Source: Nemertoderma westbladi
Taxonomy: Eukaryota; Animalia; Xenacoelomorpha
DNA length: 41,180 nt
Reading direction: 5' to 3'
NCBI GenBank assembly: GCA_032718475.1
Contig: JAUCBJ010003401.1
Coordinates: 1-41,180, forward strand
A program made the translations under genes and the position numbers. Positions 21,301-30,675 of this stretch are shown here, in pieces; the first letter of the stretch is position 1, and each line of letters starts with the position of its first letter. The notes beneath the pieces were generated by a model that saw only the letters and a list, made by a program, of their open reading frames with translations, made no database searches and was not told the origin of the DNA.

Positions 21301-23512
21301 GGTAAACTATTTAGTTCAGCAGAAGAAAGTTGTTGATGAGCAGAAAGATGAGCTCGTAAGAAAATGTTCGCAATTGGAGTTGGAATATAATGCAATACTT
21401 GAGAGTAAGAATCAATTGGATAACAATTTCAAGTTATTCAAAGATGAATCGTTTGCAAATTTAAAGAAAAAAGAATCGGTATACAGTGAGAAACTTAGTG
21501 AGTTAATGTCTAGTCGAGGAACCTTGGAAGAAAAGGCTGAACTTTTAAATACCGAATTCAAGGAAAAGGTCAATGATCTGAATAAACTTCATAATTCAGA
21601 GAAAATGTCTCTAATTGAAAGTGAAACAAAGTTGAAGGAGGAGGTGGAGATCCTTATCCAGGGACACAAGGAAGAAATTGAGAAAATCACCATGGATCAT
21701 TCTGAGACTGTTAAACAGTTACGTAAGAAGCAGAATGCAGAACTGTCTGTGCTAACAGCTGAGAAATCAAATCTTGTTGAAAGTGAAACATTATTGAAAA
21801 AGGAATTGGAGGACCTTATCCAGAAACACAGGACTCAACTTCAAAATAATTCAGCAAGTGAAGCAGAAGCAGTGAAAAGGTTACACGAGATCCATAGTGC
21901 GGAACTTTCTGCACTAAGATCTGAAAAAATGGGTCTTATTGAAAATGAAACGAAGTTAAAAGCTCATATAGAAACAATGGGTCTCAGTCATAAGGCAGAT
22001 ATTGAAGAGCTTTGTGCAGTCGAATCTGAGACAGTGAAACAGTTGCGAGGTGAAATTGTTATTCTGCAGCAAAGATATCAAGAGATTGAGAAAAACTCTG
22101 CAGAAAAATTATCTGAACTCCAAAGAGAACAACAAGAAGCTATAAATATTCTCAGAAAGAAAATGAAATCTAAATTAGATAACCTGAATAAAGAGAACTC
22201 AACTAAAGTGTCAGAACTATCTGATAATGTCGAGAAAATTACATCTGAAAACCAATTATTGACAGCTGATGTGGTGAAGGCTAGGGCTCAATCTGCGAAA
22301 GCTGAATCTGAGTTGGAAGTCACCAAATCCATTCTAACTGAATCTAAAGAGAGTGAAGTTAACTATATGGATACAATTAAAACTTTAAAAACTGAAATAC
22401 AGTCATTGTCTGAAAAACTGCATGTCTGTAAGAACGAAAAAGACGGATTAGCCCAACGCGAAGAGGTTATGAACTCGCAACTTCACGACTTGCAAAAGAA
22501 CCTCAATGACGTTGAACGCAATCTCAGTGTTGTTAGAACTCAGTTGCGTACGATGGAAGAACGACACGAGCAAGAGAAAAGAGAACAAGAATCAATAACA
22601 TCGTCCTCTCTCCATAAACTAACCACAAAAACTACAGAACTGGAGAGATTGAAAACCCATGTTAGTAAAATAGAGGCGACATTTACCGCAGATATTGCAA
22701 AACGTGAACGAACCATTAAAGAATTGCAGATAGAGTTAGAAAAGCAAGGAGGTAATGAAAACGCCTCGAAGTTAGATGAGAAAGGAGTTAAAGCGAAGAT
22801 CGACGGATTGAAAGCTCATTACAGAGCGAAGATAGAAAACCAGGAGCATCAACATAATGAAAACATTAGGTTGATGAGGGAACAGTTTGCGTCGCAACAA
22901 ACCGACACGGTCCAAGAGACTACGGTTAAAGAGAACAAACATCTATTGGAAGAAACTCAGAAACTCCAAGATACTCTCACCTTGAAAAACAGCGATTTAG
23001 AGCGGTTGAAAGGTGATAATTTACAGTTTTCAAATGAAATTTCTAGACTGAATAATGAGATCGTTATACTTTCTTCTAATTTACAAACAATTAATGCCGA
23101 GGAGAATCGGATAGGAGTGGATTCATTTACTGAAACATCTCGGGTTGACCTTAAAGATAACTCTACTAATACAACTATCGAGAGCGAATCGGAATTCACT
23201 GACTTTCAGAAAGCCGAGGTGGTACCCCCTACTCTCTCTAGGAATCCGTTCAATGTTTCTTATTCCGAGACGAGTTTATCGAATAGTTCGTTAAACTTCT
23301 CGTACCAGAATCTCGAGCCGATATTCCCTGACCCCAGCCAGATGGAGTATTTGCGACGGGTTCTGTATAACTATATGATGGGTAGGGAACCCAGGACCAT
23401 GGCGCGGGTGCTAGTGGCCATGGTCAGGTTCACAGAGACTCAAGCTGAGGAAGTGCTTGATAGGACGGAAAATACTCCAAGGTGGGGGGCCAGTCCTTTA
23501 TGGAAGTCTTAG
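15356..23512 (+). CDS. GOLGA4: GRIP-domain trans-Golgi golgin, golgin-245/p230 (GOLGA4)-like, 2718 aa, single uninterrupted ORF
   Basis: N-terminal MFKKLKEQV resembles GOLGA4 MFKKLKQKI. Conserved-looking DKASKRISELKEE...AKAHLEE...EERDEKIKVL block, long coiled coil, and C-terminal GRIP domain (about 23327-23470) EYLRRVLYNYMMGREPRTMARVL...F, closely resembling GOLGA4 EYLRKVLFEYMMGRETKTMAKVI including the Arl1-binding Tyr. Terminal Trp-containing tail. Confidence 0.93.
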   Translation: MFKKLKEQVGGNETPPNRKGLTKKQSNRRSASRESLSSVSSDFAAGSFPSTSTPTAVDLSQSTNKSVDESFTNIVDGVPVTSIPIAGSSETTILPVPNSTFNDTPRTSSGSTYQQHHASTESIVSLFRSAISSASNQLAVVMPSDTEESEMEDQLDHYEKDDLIVSFHRVERKLLTYKQRFKDLVTAYKEVENERVSIYNKLEKCEDKASKRISELKEEVSLNHKAKAHLEENLKVEIEERDEKIKVLLAKLDAVSSEVASTSPDESELVKYKDKCFKLEGFIIKAKDAIKLQKSRFAELQNVASQKAEEYDCLKEEFENYKLESTMQIAECKQQFHSEMESRELEIDVLKVTNKKQEDLYANLQVKCQGLQQRLDSDNSELIDDLSRGKNAALQLLQDQKQLEIDQLKATHVSELQAEVLKHDNYIASILIEHKQEIGRLSHDYELKLHSTNEQHKNDIIVEVKGCSNGAADVFVQTDYGGSSEMLNLEKLLISNESQTISMEDTKSLQGKEIEVDKSAVMVRNMEVSAVTLEHWGCNNKEHEFYDSKIKSHESDNESLIKNIQDLKLEISKLEILHRAPVTEGDSNLKKMIAATVRPIDGTMFHSGDSNLNTEIDNLPIKQQPLERELPSQDCKLVEIMDCNSALTARVTELQSELAKKSEDYSQHLSELILSNSTNSAVADDLRAHYENEKVKVKDLTSKLDTEKYKMKYEAFQVQVQLLRFLLTARTGFEDIKDNLIKCSGFESDCISKEDTMEADKISSDLMNRLTFWTSCSKDDACDLYNDMITDLQLYCDIERVHISNVQDFVSTCVEKENDLNKMLDKHSDDLNSLKELNNKLTEESDFLSKKEISSFNLILYVETFCNVTNALLETLSCFKTVVQASLQCMSVKVNSHSCPHIKSSCNSDDEHPGICSCSNIEHEMEAKILRVVNSYINCQKVLQGILCNLKHDAARLCETLNNIDFENSSKVMNDNDQAFDLNYLNQQFSCIKDKLAWLQSNDFQIFSDGDCGKEILSCFGDMYDINSESCGSGYDVEHEVQLVQEFVVGLRSHMAKLKDSNEESMCNLIIKHDNEMSISKIDKQSILDDNINLINTNNLKSNEIAALQERVTKLNPMICEVNDAKVELLKCISDAVAFQTTLSQEMDRLCKELNDVKHQRNDLGEENNLLTNEIKSLKEHIVALELDIQQKDDLANKLREELTGEISQLTISVDSLSNERLGLINERSGLHSMVQSVTAEKEVLEKSNNLLLEEMENVKVESKNRDVNKDDEVKNFRIKCKDKFDQMKQKHRNDFDNIKAKHKRDIEIIQEANESEVQKLMLENRNIEKVNSEKLNELNKRHEIYCKQLVGEHSEAIAKIVMEEKQMQESLLDSHRSALTDQSAELKNLHNIEHELTKELKLLTDSYRTKVDDLENAKSKEITEIKFELSKETSQREQIESEFKFFKTTSDREKESLMSQRELDCEALKEYYQEEITELQASLQSWKERNDNTIYEAELHEKIEELKLQHSADLDKAKSNSRFEIDRLKQCCEEEVDLLKYSHVRELESVAQQQKSEIERVRMLHEADFEGLRSQHRKELDESIELQAETEAELKKKHNENDELLNDEIVRLNANIDKLDNDLTHSKEDFIKMERDFNEAQHILHLDNQQLEVQLQQQADRFKLQANTLAMEASEQGDHILEDHLMKISEMQSEFDIRYQEMQNKYQVDVSENNNRIHHLEELLCERNSTFGLLVSSLCDITNSLGIENLPDDFKAGVVGQVSVTEDILENPTHQDLAINNIVSTVKSRLESLFQTCDNSKRDKDNLSALVERNDTEIIELQRQLVTAQSAAGELSERAKQLANLTSALSERDIKLRKFQNQISGFEGKITGMEKQLEVKEDKVKELMLQVKKNETLAMQKDNRLTELEGEINVLRKEHSIIVEQLKDLKLESEVAEKNMLRLENMNKKHINIEKKMKVKVDGLLEECNSREHKIHDFDLKVNYLVQQKKVVDEQKDELVRKCSQLELEYNAILESKNQLDNNFKLFKDESFANLKKKESVYSEKLSELMSSRGTLEEKAELLNTEFKEKVNDLNKLHNSEKMSLIESETKLKEEVEILIQGHKEEIEKITMDHSETVKQLRKKQNAELSVLTAEKSNLVESETLLKKELEDLIQKHRTQLQNNSASEAEAVKRLHEIHSAELSALRSEKMGLIENETKLKAHIETMGLSHKADIEELCAVESETVKQLRGEIVILQQRYQEIEKNSAEKLSELQREQQEAINILRKKMKSKLDNLNKENSTKVSELSDNVEKITSENQLLTADVVKARAQSAKAESELEVTKSILTESKESEVNYMDTIKTLKTEIQSLSEKLHVCKNEKDGLAQREEVMNSQLHDLQKNLNDVERNLSVVRTQLRTMEERHEQEKREQESITSSSLHKLTTKTTELERLKTHVSKIEATFTADIAKRERTIKELQIELEKQGGNENASKLDEKGVKAKIDGLKAHYRAKIENQEHQHNENIRLMREQFASQQTDTVQETTVKENKHLLEETQKLQDTLTLKNSDLERLKGDNLQFSNEISRLNNEIVILSSNLQTINAEENRIGVDSFTETSRVDLKDNSTNTTIESESEFTDFQKAEVVPPTLSRNPFNVSYSETSLSNSSLNFSYQNLEPIFPDPSQMEYLRRVLYNYMMGREPRTMARVLVAMVRFTETQAEEVLDRTENTPRWGASPLWKS

Positions 23513-23540
23513 TCTACATTAGGGTTTGGGTCCCTTATAA

Positions 23541-23546
23541 AATAAA
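23541..23546 (+). terminator. Candidate polyadenylation signal for the golgin gene
   Basis: AATAAA about 30 nt after the stop codon. The AT-rich context makes a chance match possible. Confidence 0.35.
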
Positions 23547-24695
23547 TACATGAATTTATATACATACATTAATATATTGTCATGCAGTGGTACAATACAA
23601 CACGAAGTAGGGTTAATTTGATGCTGAAAGTCCCATCGGCGTTTTAAGATAAAAAATTGCGATTTTATGGACCAATACAATTTTGGTACCGGTAATTTGT
23701 ATTTGTTTGTTGAATTGGACCCCAATTAGCTTCACTTTAACCATTCTGATCGTCGATATAACTAACTATTTATATTATAATTATTTTTTTGGGGGTTTTT
23801 GGTAAATTTGGACAAAAATAATATGGAGTTTTAGTTTTTAATTATTTTATGGTTTATTATCTACCTTCTGTAACAATTCCCTATATATTATGGTAAAACC
23901 TTTTTAAATAATTAATTATTAATTTACCATTATTTTTTTGAATTATATTTTTGCGATTGGTGTTATATTATAATATTATTCAGTGTGTTCTTCCTACCTA
24001 CTTCCTACATGCCGGTACTATATTAAATGAAGTCACTTGGTAACTGGATATAGATAGTAAGTGTAAGGTTCACGGATGTTATAATTTATTCGAGTTAATA
24101 TAATTGTGCCGTATTTCACGCAGACTGTAGCTGGTAATATTTATATACACGGACGATGTAATACTAATGGATGGGATATTAATATGACAACCTCAATTAA
24201 TTGAGATACGATATATATTTCTTTACGTTTAAATTGAATATTTCGTTTTTTTTTCAATATTTCTACACTTATTTAATTTCTACTGCATAACGTTACATGT
24301 GGAGTGAATGATACTTGTGAACAGACCTGTCGTTATTTATGCCTATCTACGGACAGCCCCTAGAGTCATAAGGTGATAAATTATTGATTATTACCTTTTA
24401 ATAACGATTGCTCAAGTAAATATAGCTTGGATATTATAAGTAAAAGTTGTATTTGTTTGGAATTTGTTTAACTTACTGCGTATATTTGTATTTGCTTTCA
24501 TTGTTCCACCATTTTTAGGCTCTTTTATCTTAAACTGGATTCACTTTTAAACGAACCATAACACAAACAAGAACGAACCATCCAACCATTACCCCTAATC
24601 ATAAAACAAACCAGAACCATTTCGTTACTGTTGGCCTCTAAACCCGAACCCTATTGAAGTTTACTTAACTTCAGTGCTCTTCTAAAAACATACCG

Positions 24696-24997
24696 GCCCA
24701 TGTGAAGAGTACCAGACTTTCTGCCGTTATATTTCACTTTACAGTTACCCCCATGTGCAGAATACCAGTTTTCACCAAAAACACAGGTTACAGAAGGGCT
24801 GAATCTAACCAAAACAATAAAAGAATTAGTATATGTACATAAAATACGCTATAAAACACTTAATAAAGAGAAATTAAAAAGAATAAAAAATCTTCATGTA
24901 TGAAGATTTTTTATTTTTGATATATATTTGATATATATATCAAATTACAATAAAAAGTCGACCGAAAAGTGAAATCCTGGTATTCTTCACATGGGCG
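24696..24997. mobile_element. ~300-bp MITE with 8-9 bp TSD
   Basis: TIR gcccatgtgaagagtaccagacttt versus reverse complement gcccatgtgaagaataccaggattt. Flanks aacataccg (24687-24695) and aacattccg (24998-25006). Confidence 0.8.
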
Positions 24998-25324
24998 AAC
25001 ATTCCGGTATCCGAATTTAACTAAAACCTAAACCGAACCATTACACCGCCCACATGGGCCATTAACACATCAAGTCAGAATCCTTAAGTGTCACCAGTTT
25101 TGCAATTATTACCAAAACTCAAGTATAACAAAGTAGCTTCAGATCTTTAAAAGTCATAAGTAACTATCCATGTTACACATTCGATACCAATATACGTACG
25201 CACCTAATTTAATTGTTGTCAATATTTTTTTATAATTTAAATGTCGCCTTTATTCAAAGAAACTGAATAACTTTTGTGCAATTGTAGGGTAAATGTTTGC
25301 TTGTTTAACTAAATTAATATTCCG

Positions 25325-25534
25325 TATAAATGCTGAGCGCTATTCCCATTGGTTTATAAATGCTGAGCGTTATTCCCATTGGTTTATAAATGCTGAGCGC
25401 TATTCCCATTGGTTTATAAATGCTGAGCGCTATTCCCATTGGTTTATAAATGCTGAGCGCTATTCCCATTGGTTTATAAATGCTGAGCGTTATTCCCATT
25501 GGTTTATAAATGCTGAGCGTTATTCCCATTGGTT
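25325..25534. repeat. 30-bp minisatellite, 7 copies
   Basis: TATAAATGCTGAGCGYTATTCCCATTGGTT x7, with a single C/T variable site. Confidence 0.97.
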
Positions 25535-26518
25535 TAACATAATTTATTAGCTCTTATCTTATTTGAAATAATTTATAGAAATATTTACAGGTGTGTTTTA
25601 TTGGGATGCAATTTTACAATACAGTATTATCTTTTTATTCCCGGTTTAAGGGTTACCAAGTAATTTACACAATGACCTGAAATATAGTGTCGTTATTCTG
25701 GTACATGACCCCGCACCACCCCCCCCAAAAAAAAAATTTTTTTTTCTACAGTACATAAATACGCCATAAAGTCCTGTCTTAGTAAACTTAAAAGCACCTG
25801 CCTCACCCTCACACCCCGAGAGAGTTATAAAATACTGCCTAGTTGAGAATTATAGATATTTGAACATTGTTTGTCTTGTCTTGGGAAATAGTTACCTTCT
25901 TATGCCATACCCCACTCTGATTCAGTTTGTTAATGATTATGTACCGATGCATATGTCTCTTTATGTGCAAGTGAAATCATTAGTATGTCGTCCGACCCTT
26001 TTACTAATTAAAGCCACCGGAGCCTCATACCGAATTGCTATAATAATAATAATAGTATGATTAAAGAATGAATTGTTGCCCAGCTACATACGGGATAAAC
26101 AAAATGTTCCAGAACATGGTGTATTTATGAAATAGAATAAATGGCGTGCAGAGGAAGCAAATACATGCAATATTCGAATGCTCATAACTCAGCTATTTGC
26201 CAACCAATTTCAAATATTTTTACATTTCTGGAATCCTTGCTGGGTCAGCTTTCTACTCGTAGCAACAAATCACTGAGGTTCAAAAATAACTGCAGCGTAA
26301 CTGGTGAAATATCACCGGATCACCTTTTTCAAACGCTTGTAGCTAAAGATTGGAAGGAAAGAATAAAAATTCTGGCTCACCCAGTCAGTGGTCGGGAGGT
26401 GAAACTATCTCTGTTTCAAATTTCATGCAATCTCATTACGATTTGTAAACAAATTTGTGTGGGGGGGGGGGGGGGGTACCTGAATAACGACACTATATTC
26501 CAGGACATGGTGTATATA

Positions 26519-27453
26519 CCGTATTTCTTCGAATAAGAGCGTTGGCGTTTAAGTTTATAAATTGCCAATTGGGGAGGCGTTTATTCGAGGAGGGCGTTTA
26601 TTCGGGGGAGGCGTTTATTCGGGGGAGGCGTTTATTCGGGGAGGGCGTTTATTCGAGGAGGGCGTTTATTCGGGGAGGCGTTTATTCGAGGAGGGCGTTT
26701 ATTCGGGGAGGGCGTTTATTCGAGGAGGGCGTTTATTCGGGGAGGCGTTTATTCGAGGAGGGCGTTTATTCGGGGGAGGCGTTTATTCGGGGAAGGCGTT
26801 TATTCGGGGAGGGCGTTTATTCGGGGGAGGCGTTTATTCGGGGAGGGCGTTTATTCGGGGGAGGCGTTTATTCGGGGAAGGCGTTTATTCGGGGAGGGCG
26901 TTTATTCGGGGAGGGCGTTTATTCGGGGAGGGCGTTTATTCGGGGGAGGCGTTTATTCGGGGAGGGCGTTTATTCGGGGGAGGCGTTTATTCGGGGAAGG
27001 CGTTTATTCGGGGAGGGCGTTTATTCGGGGGAGGCGTTTATTCGGGGAAGGCGTTTAAGTTCCAAATTGTGTGGTTCTAGTGGGGGCGTTTATGTTTATG
27101 TTCTAGATTTTCAGCATTTTGAATCTAAATACCCTAATAAAGAATGTTGTTAAATTCAAGAAAACAAGTTAAACAAATAAAATAATACAAATAAGGATTA
27201 TCTTTATTACGCATACAGCCTATTACCGCGGAACAACACACTTCAGTATATTTATTTACCGTCAACAGTTGGCCCTTTATATTAATGATAATCGTGTGCC
27301 AGAGGCATCGCTCATTAATCGTGGCTCGCCCCACATTGTATTATTATTAAACGCCGGGGCGTTTATTCGGGGAAGGCGTTTAAGTTCCTAATTTGATGGT
27401 AAGGGGGGGGGGGGGGGTAATTCGAGGGGGGGCTCTTTTTCGAATAAATACGG
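26519..27453. mobile_element. Tc1/mariner (pogo/Tigger-like) MITE with an expanded internal array
   Basis: TIR ccgtatttcttcgaataagagc versus reverse complement ccgtatttattcgaaaaagagc. TA on the left (26517-26518) and TG on the right (27454-27455). Confidence 0.8.
26571..27056. repeat. 16-17 bp minisatellite (GGGGAGGGCGTTTATTC)n, roughly 29 copies
   Basis: Direct tandem array inside the MITE. A detached copy of the array end sits at 27356-27388. Confidence 0.95.
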
Positions 27454-28298
27454 TGCTTATTCAAAAAACAAAACCGTCCGAAAAAGATAGATATACAAAG
27501 ACGCCTGTAATACATTGGCATTATTGTAATAATGCCCTTATTGTTATTATTGTACATAGTGCGATGTTGCCTTGTTTGGTTGGGTTGATTTTGGTTCAGC
27601 TATTTGGTGCTTCTTAAATATTGTTCGATCTGTATTCTAATTTGTCATATTATTTATGTAAAGTAAACCCCGATGTATTAATATCTAAATAAAATATTTT
27701 GTTTTTGACACATTACACCTTTGTTTGTCGTACGTTACAGCTCTATGGATAACTTTTTGTGAAAATAGAACCATTTTATTTATCTTTAGGAAATAATACT
27801 TTTATTCTTAAATTGTCACTTTTTCGCTCAAATATACCCCAAAATCGGGAGAAAAAGTTTCACTTTTTTCCCTAGGGAAAAAAAGTAATCAATAGGATTG
27901 CATTAATTTTACTTTTTTTCTCGGAGAAAAAAGTAAAATAAAATATTTTTGGTGGTATTTCTTAAATTTTATTACATGTATTGAAGGAGCATCGACGTAG
28001 AAAAGGTTTGCACGTAATTTGAGCAAAATATATGCACGCACTCAAAAGTTATTGCAAATTTAGTGTGTGCAAGGCGTACTCTAAAACCTAATAAATATTC
28101 GAGAACACTAAATTATTTAACATTGAGTAAGGCAGCATCAGGAGTTGAATAGTCAGTAATAATCGCAGTAACTATGGAAGCGATATAGTAAAATTCAAGC
28201 AATATACTAATTTCAATTTATTTTCTAACACTATATCCTGTATCGTTTTATTAAAGAATTTAGCAACAAAAAAGTACCAATTTAAGAATAAAATTACG

Positions 28299-28431
28299 TA
28301 TTACATGGGAAAAAACGTAGAACATTTTTTTTCATATATTCTCTCGACCCTTTATTAACCTCGCTGACGCTCGGTAAATAAAATGCCTCGAGAATAATGA
28401 AAATAATTTATACTTTTTTTCCCATGCAATA
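28299..28431. mobile_element. Palindromic hairpin MITE-like element
   Basis: tattacatgggaaaaaacgta...tattctc is mirrored by gagaata...tactttttttcccatgcaata. The centre is cctcgctgacgctcgg. Confidence 0.7.
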
Positions 28432-28629
28432 AATAATTATATTATTCAAATTGTTCCTAAATTTTAACATTACCTAATTAGTGTTTAAAAAGGATCCCGA
28501 TCCCGAAAAACCGGGATCGACGATAAATGTAATCCCGGTCCCGACTTTTTTGGAATGGGATCCCGAAGTATAAATAATGAAGTAAATTTGTTGAATATGT
28601 GATAAATAGTAAACACGGGGGGGGGGGTG

Positions 28630-29200
28630 TGGCCTTTTACCTTTTCGAGGGTATACAGGAACTGTTTCTGCAGCTGCTAACTTCACTGCTTCTGTGAAGG
28701 CAGTATATCCCACGCAGTGATCTGCCGCCACAGAGGCGGGAAACTCATACCTGTTGCTCAGCTGTAGTGTGAAGCTGGATCTCACACTTGGCTGTTGCAA
28801 CAGAGAGGACCAGTCATGCCGTGGCAAGGTAGATTGCTTAGTTCTGCTAGCGTGGAGATTAAGTCTTAACTTGGCCACAATAAGGCGGTGATCACTGGAG
28901 AAGGGCTCGAAGTGTAAATGCACTTACAGTCTTGTCATAGAGCTCCTGTAATTCCTACGAAACAGAATTATGGTCTATCTGGGACTTGTGACCACGTGGT
29001 CCAGTATGAGATGTAGATGAGTGATGTAGACTTGCATTAAAGTCACCTAGTAGGAAAACTAAGAATGCATGCTGATCCACTCCATCAGTAACTGCTTGTA
29101 GATTGTGGTAGAAATTTTCCACCTCATCTTTCTTTGCTCCACACACTATGCCATGTCTCTTCACAAACCACATTCGGGCATGAGTAGGAATATGTTCGTC
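28630..29200 (-). mobile_element. Degenerate LINE fragment: APE endonuclease C-terminal half and linker (RTE-like)
   Basis: KKDEVENFYHNLQ, LLGDFNAS, SQIDH, SSDHRLIVAKLRLNL and F.LQLSNRYE motifs, with frameshifts and deletions. Confidence 0.85.
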
Positions 29201-29255
29201 ACCATTCATTTCCCATCAAGTCATAATAATAATAGGAGGAAGATGCAAGTGATAG

Positions 29256-29504
29256 GGACAAATTCGAAGGCGGGGTAGCTCAGTTGGTTGAGCGCCGGGC
29301 CTGCAATCTAATGGTTGTAGGTTCATCCCCGCCAGGGTCCACTCAGCCTTTCATCCACTGGGGTCGATAAAATGAGTACCAGTTAAATAACTGGTAGCTA
29401 ATCTTGGGATAGGAGTAGTACCCACCCCTACCCTCGGGTAGCAGCTATCGATAGAGGAGCCTTCGGGTCGCCTCCGGTCTCGGCCGACTGTTTGCTTTTT
29501 TTTT
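29256..29504 (+). mobile_element. Full-length tRNA-derived SINE (possibly Cys-GCA head)
   Basis: A box TAGCTCAGTTGG (29277-29288), degenerate B box GGTTCATCCCC (29320-29330), central ACTCAGCCTTTCATCC..GGGTCGATAAAATGAGTACCAG, T-rich tail, and 12-bp TSD TGCAAGTGATAG (29244-29255 / 29505-29516). Confidence 0.9.
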
Positions 29505-30675
29505 TGCAAGTGATAGTGTAAATCATTCGCAAAGTGAAAGAAACATCTGATCTATTGAGATTCGTTTATTGTTTTGGTTCGAATAACGTGAAGACTCTGT
29601 AAACTGCTCCTTTCCCTAAATTGATAATTTAACATTGAGACAAAATATTAATTTGCCGAAATTGGATCTGTGCCCCCCCCCCCCCTCTCCCCTGTCTCGA
29701 CGGTGCATAGTGTGATGTACCTGCCTGTTACAAAACTAATATCTTTTAACTGTAGGTCTCGATAAACGCTCGATATACTTTAAAAATTCATATTTGTAGT
29801 AAACGATATTCCCCAAATCACGATAGGATGTTGACTAACAGTGAAGATTATAGCTATGCGACATTGTGTCACATTTAATCTCTCAAAACTCTGGTAAGTT
29901 AAACTAGGGAAAACTGTATTATAGTTACTCTGTAAATTAAATTCTTATTAAATTGTCTCATTTGATCTGTTGCTATGGTAACGTGAACTGTAAACGTCAC
30001 CCGAATGTGTACAATATGACGGGAAGTATCACCATGCTACTGAACTGTAGTGATATTTTTAAATAATTACAAATATGGAAGCAACGTAAGTGTAAGTAAA
30101 TTACTCTGGTCCAAATAATAGGCCTGCGTCTGCGACATTGGACGCTATTTGATTTTATATTGCCCTTGATGTGTTCGAAAGATGTTATTTAAGTTATGTG
30201 ATGGGTTTTTTAATTTTTAAAACTGTTTGTTGATTTTTTTAGGAAAAGGAAAGGTGAGACAAACAATTAATAATTAAAATTTCATAAATCTTTTGCAAGG
30301 TAGGTATAAATCTTTTGCAATCTAGGGCCGGGTTGGCGGACGGCAAGGGAATTTCGGAAATTGTCTTCTTTACCAAAGTGTTTAAACAGTTTCAGGACAA
30401 CACTGATGCATTTTGATTAACTTTCAATATATACACTACACTGGTTAAGAGACGAGATTCACCAAAATCAAAAATGTAGAGGTGGCATCCGGCCTAGCCG
30501 GATTCGTCATGTCGTGAAGTTTAACAATCAGGTGGATGCCAACCATTAACAAAAAAATGCCATCTAAACTTAATTTTCGGGAGTTGGCAGTTAGACTATT
30601 AACGGTAATTGCTTTTTGGAGCAGTACGTTTTTGTTTCCAAACGAACAGTAACAACCCCACCCCTCCCTCTCTAA

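Noticed and set aside
15381-23199. Short alternative-frame and antisense ORFs inside the golgin CDS
   Set aside because: Shadow ORFs with no recognisable motifs.
26030-26480. 131-aa ORF at 26141-26536 and poly-G tract
   Set aside because: No protein motif; it reads like non-coding transposon interior and runs through a G homopolymer into a MITE TIR.
25293-27153. Repeat-peptide ORFs (INAERYSHWF; GEAFIRGGRLF)
   Set aside because: They coincide exactly with minisatellites and have no non-repeat coding support.
28478-28570. GATCCCG-rich cluster resembling a hAT MITE end
   Set aside because: No partner TIR or TSD found, so it was not called as an element.
29270-29341. Functional tRNA-Cys gene
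   Set aside because: Degenerate T-loop and stems; it continues into a SINE body with tail and TSD.
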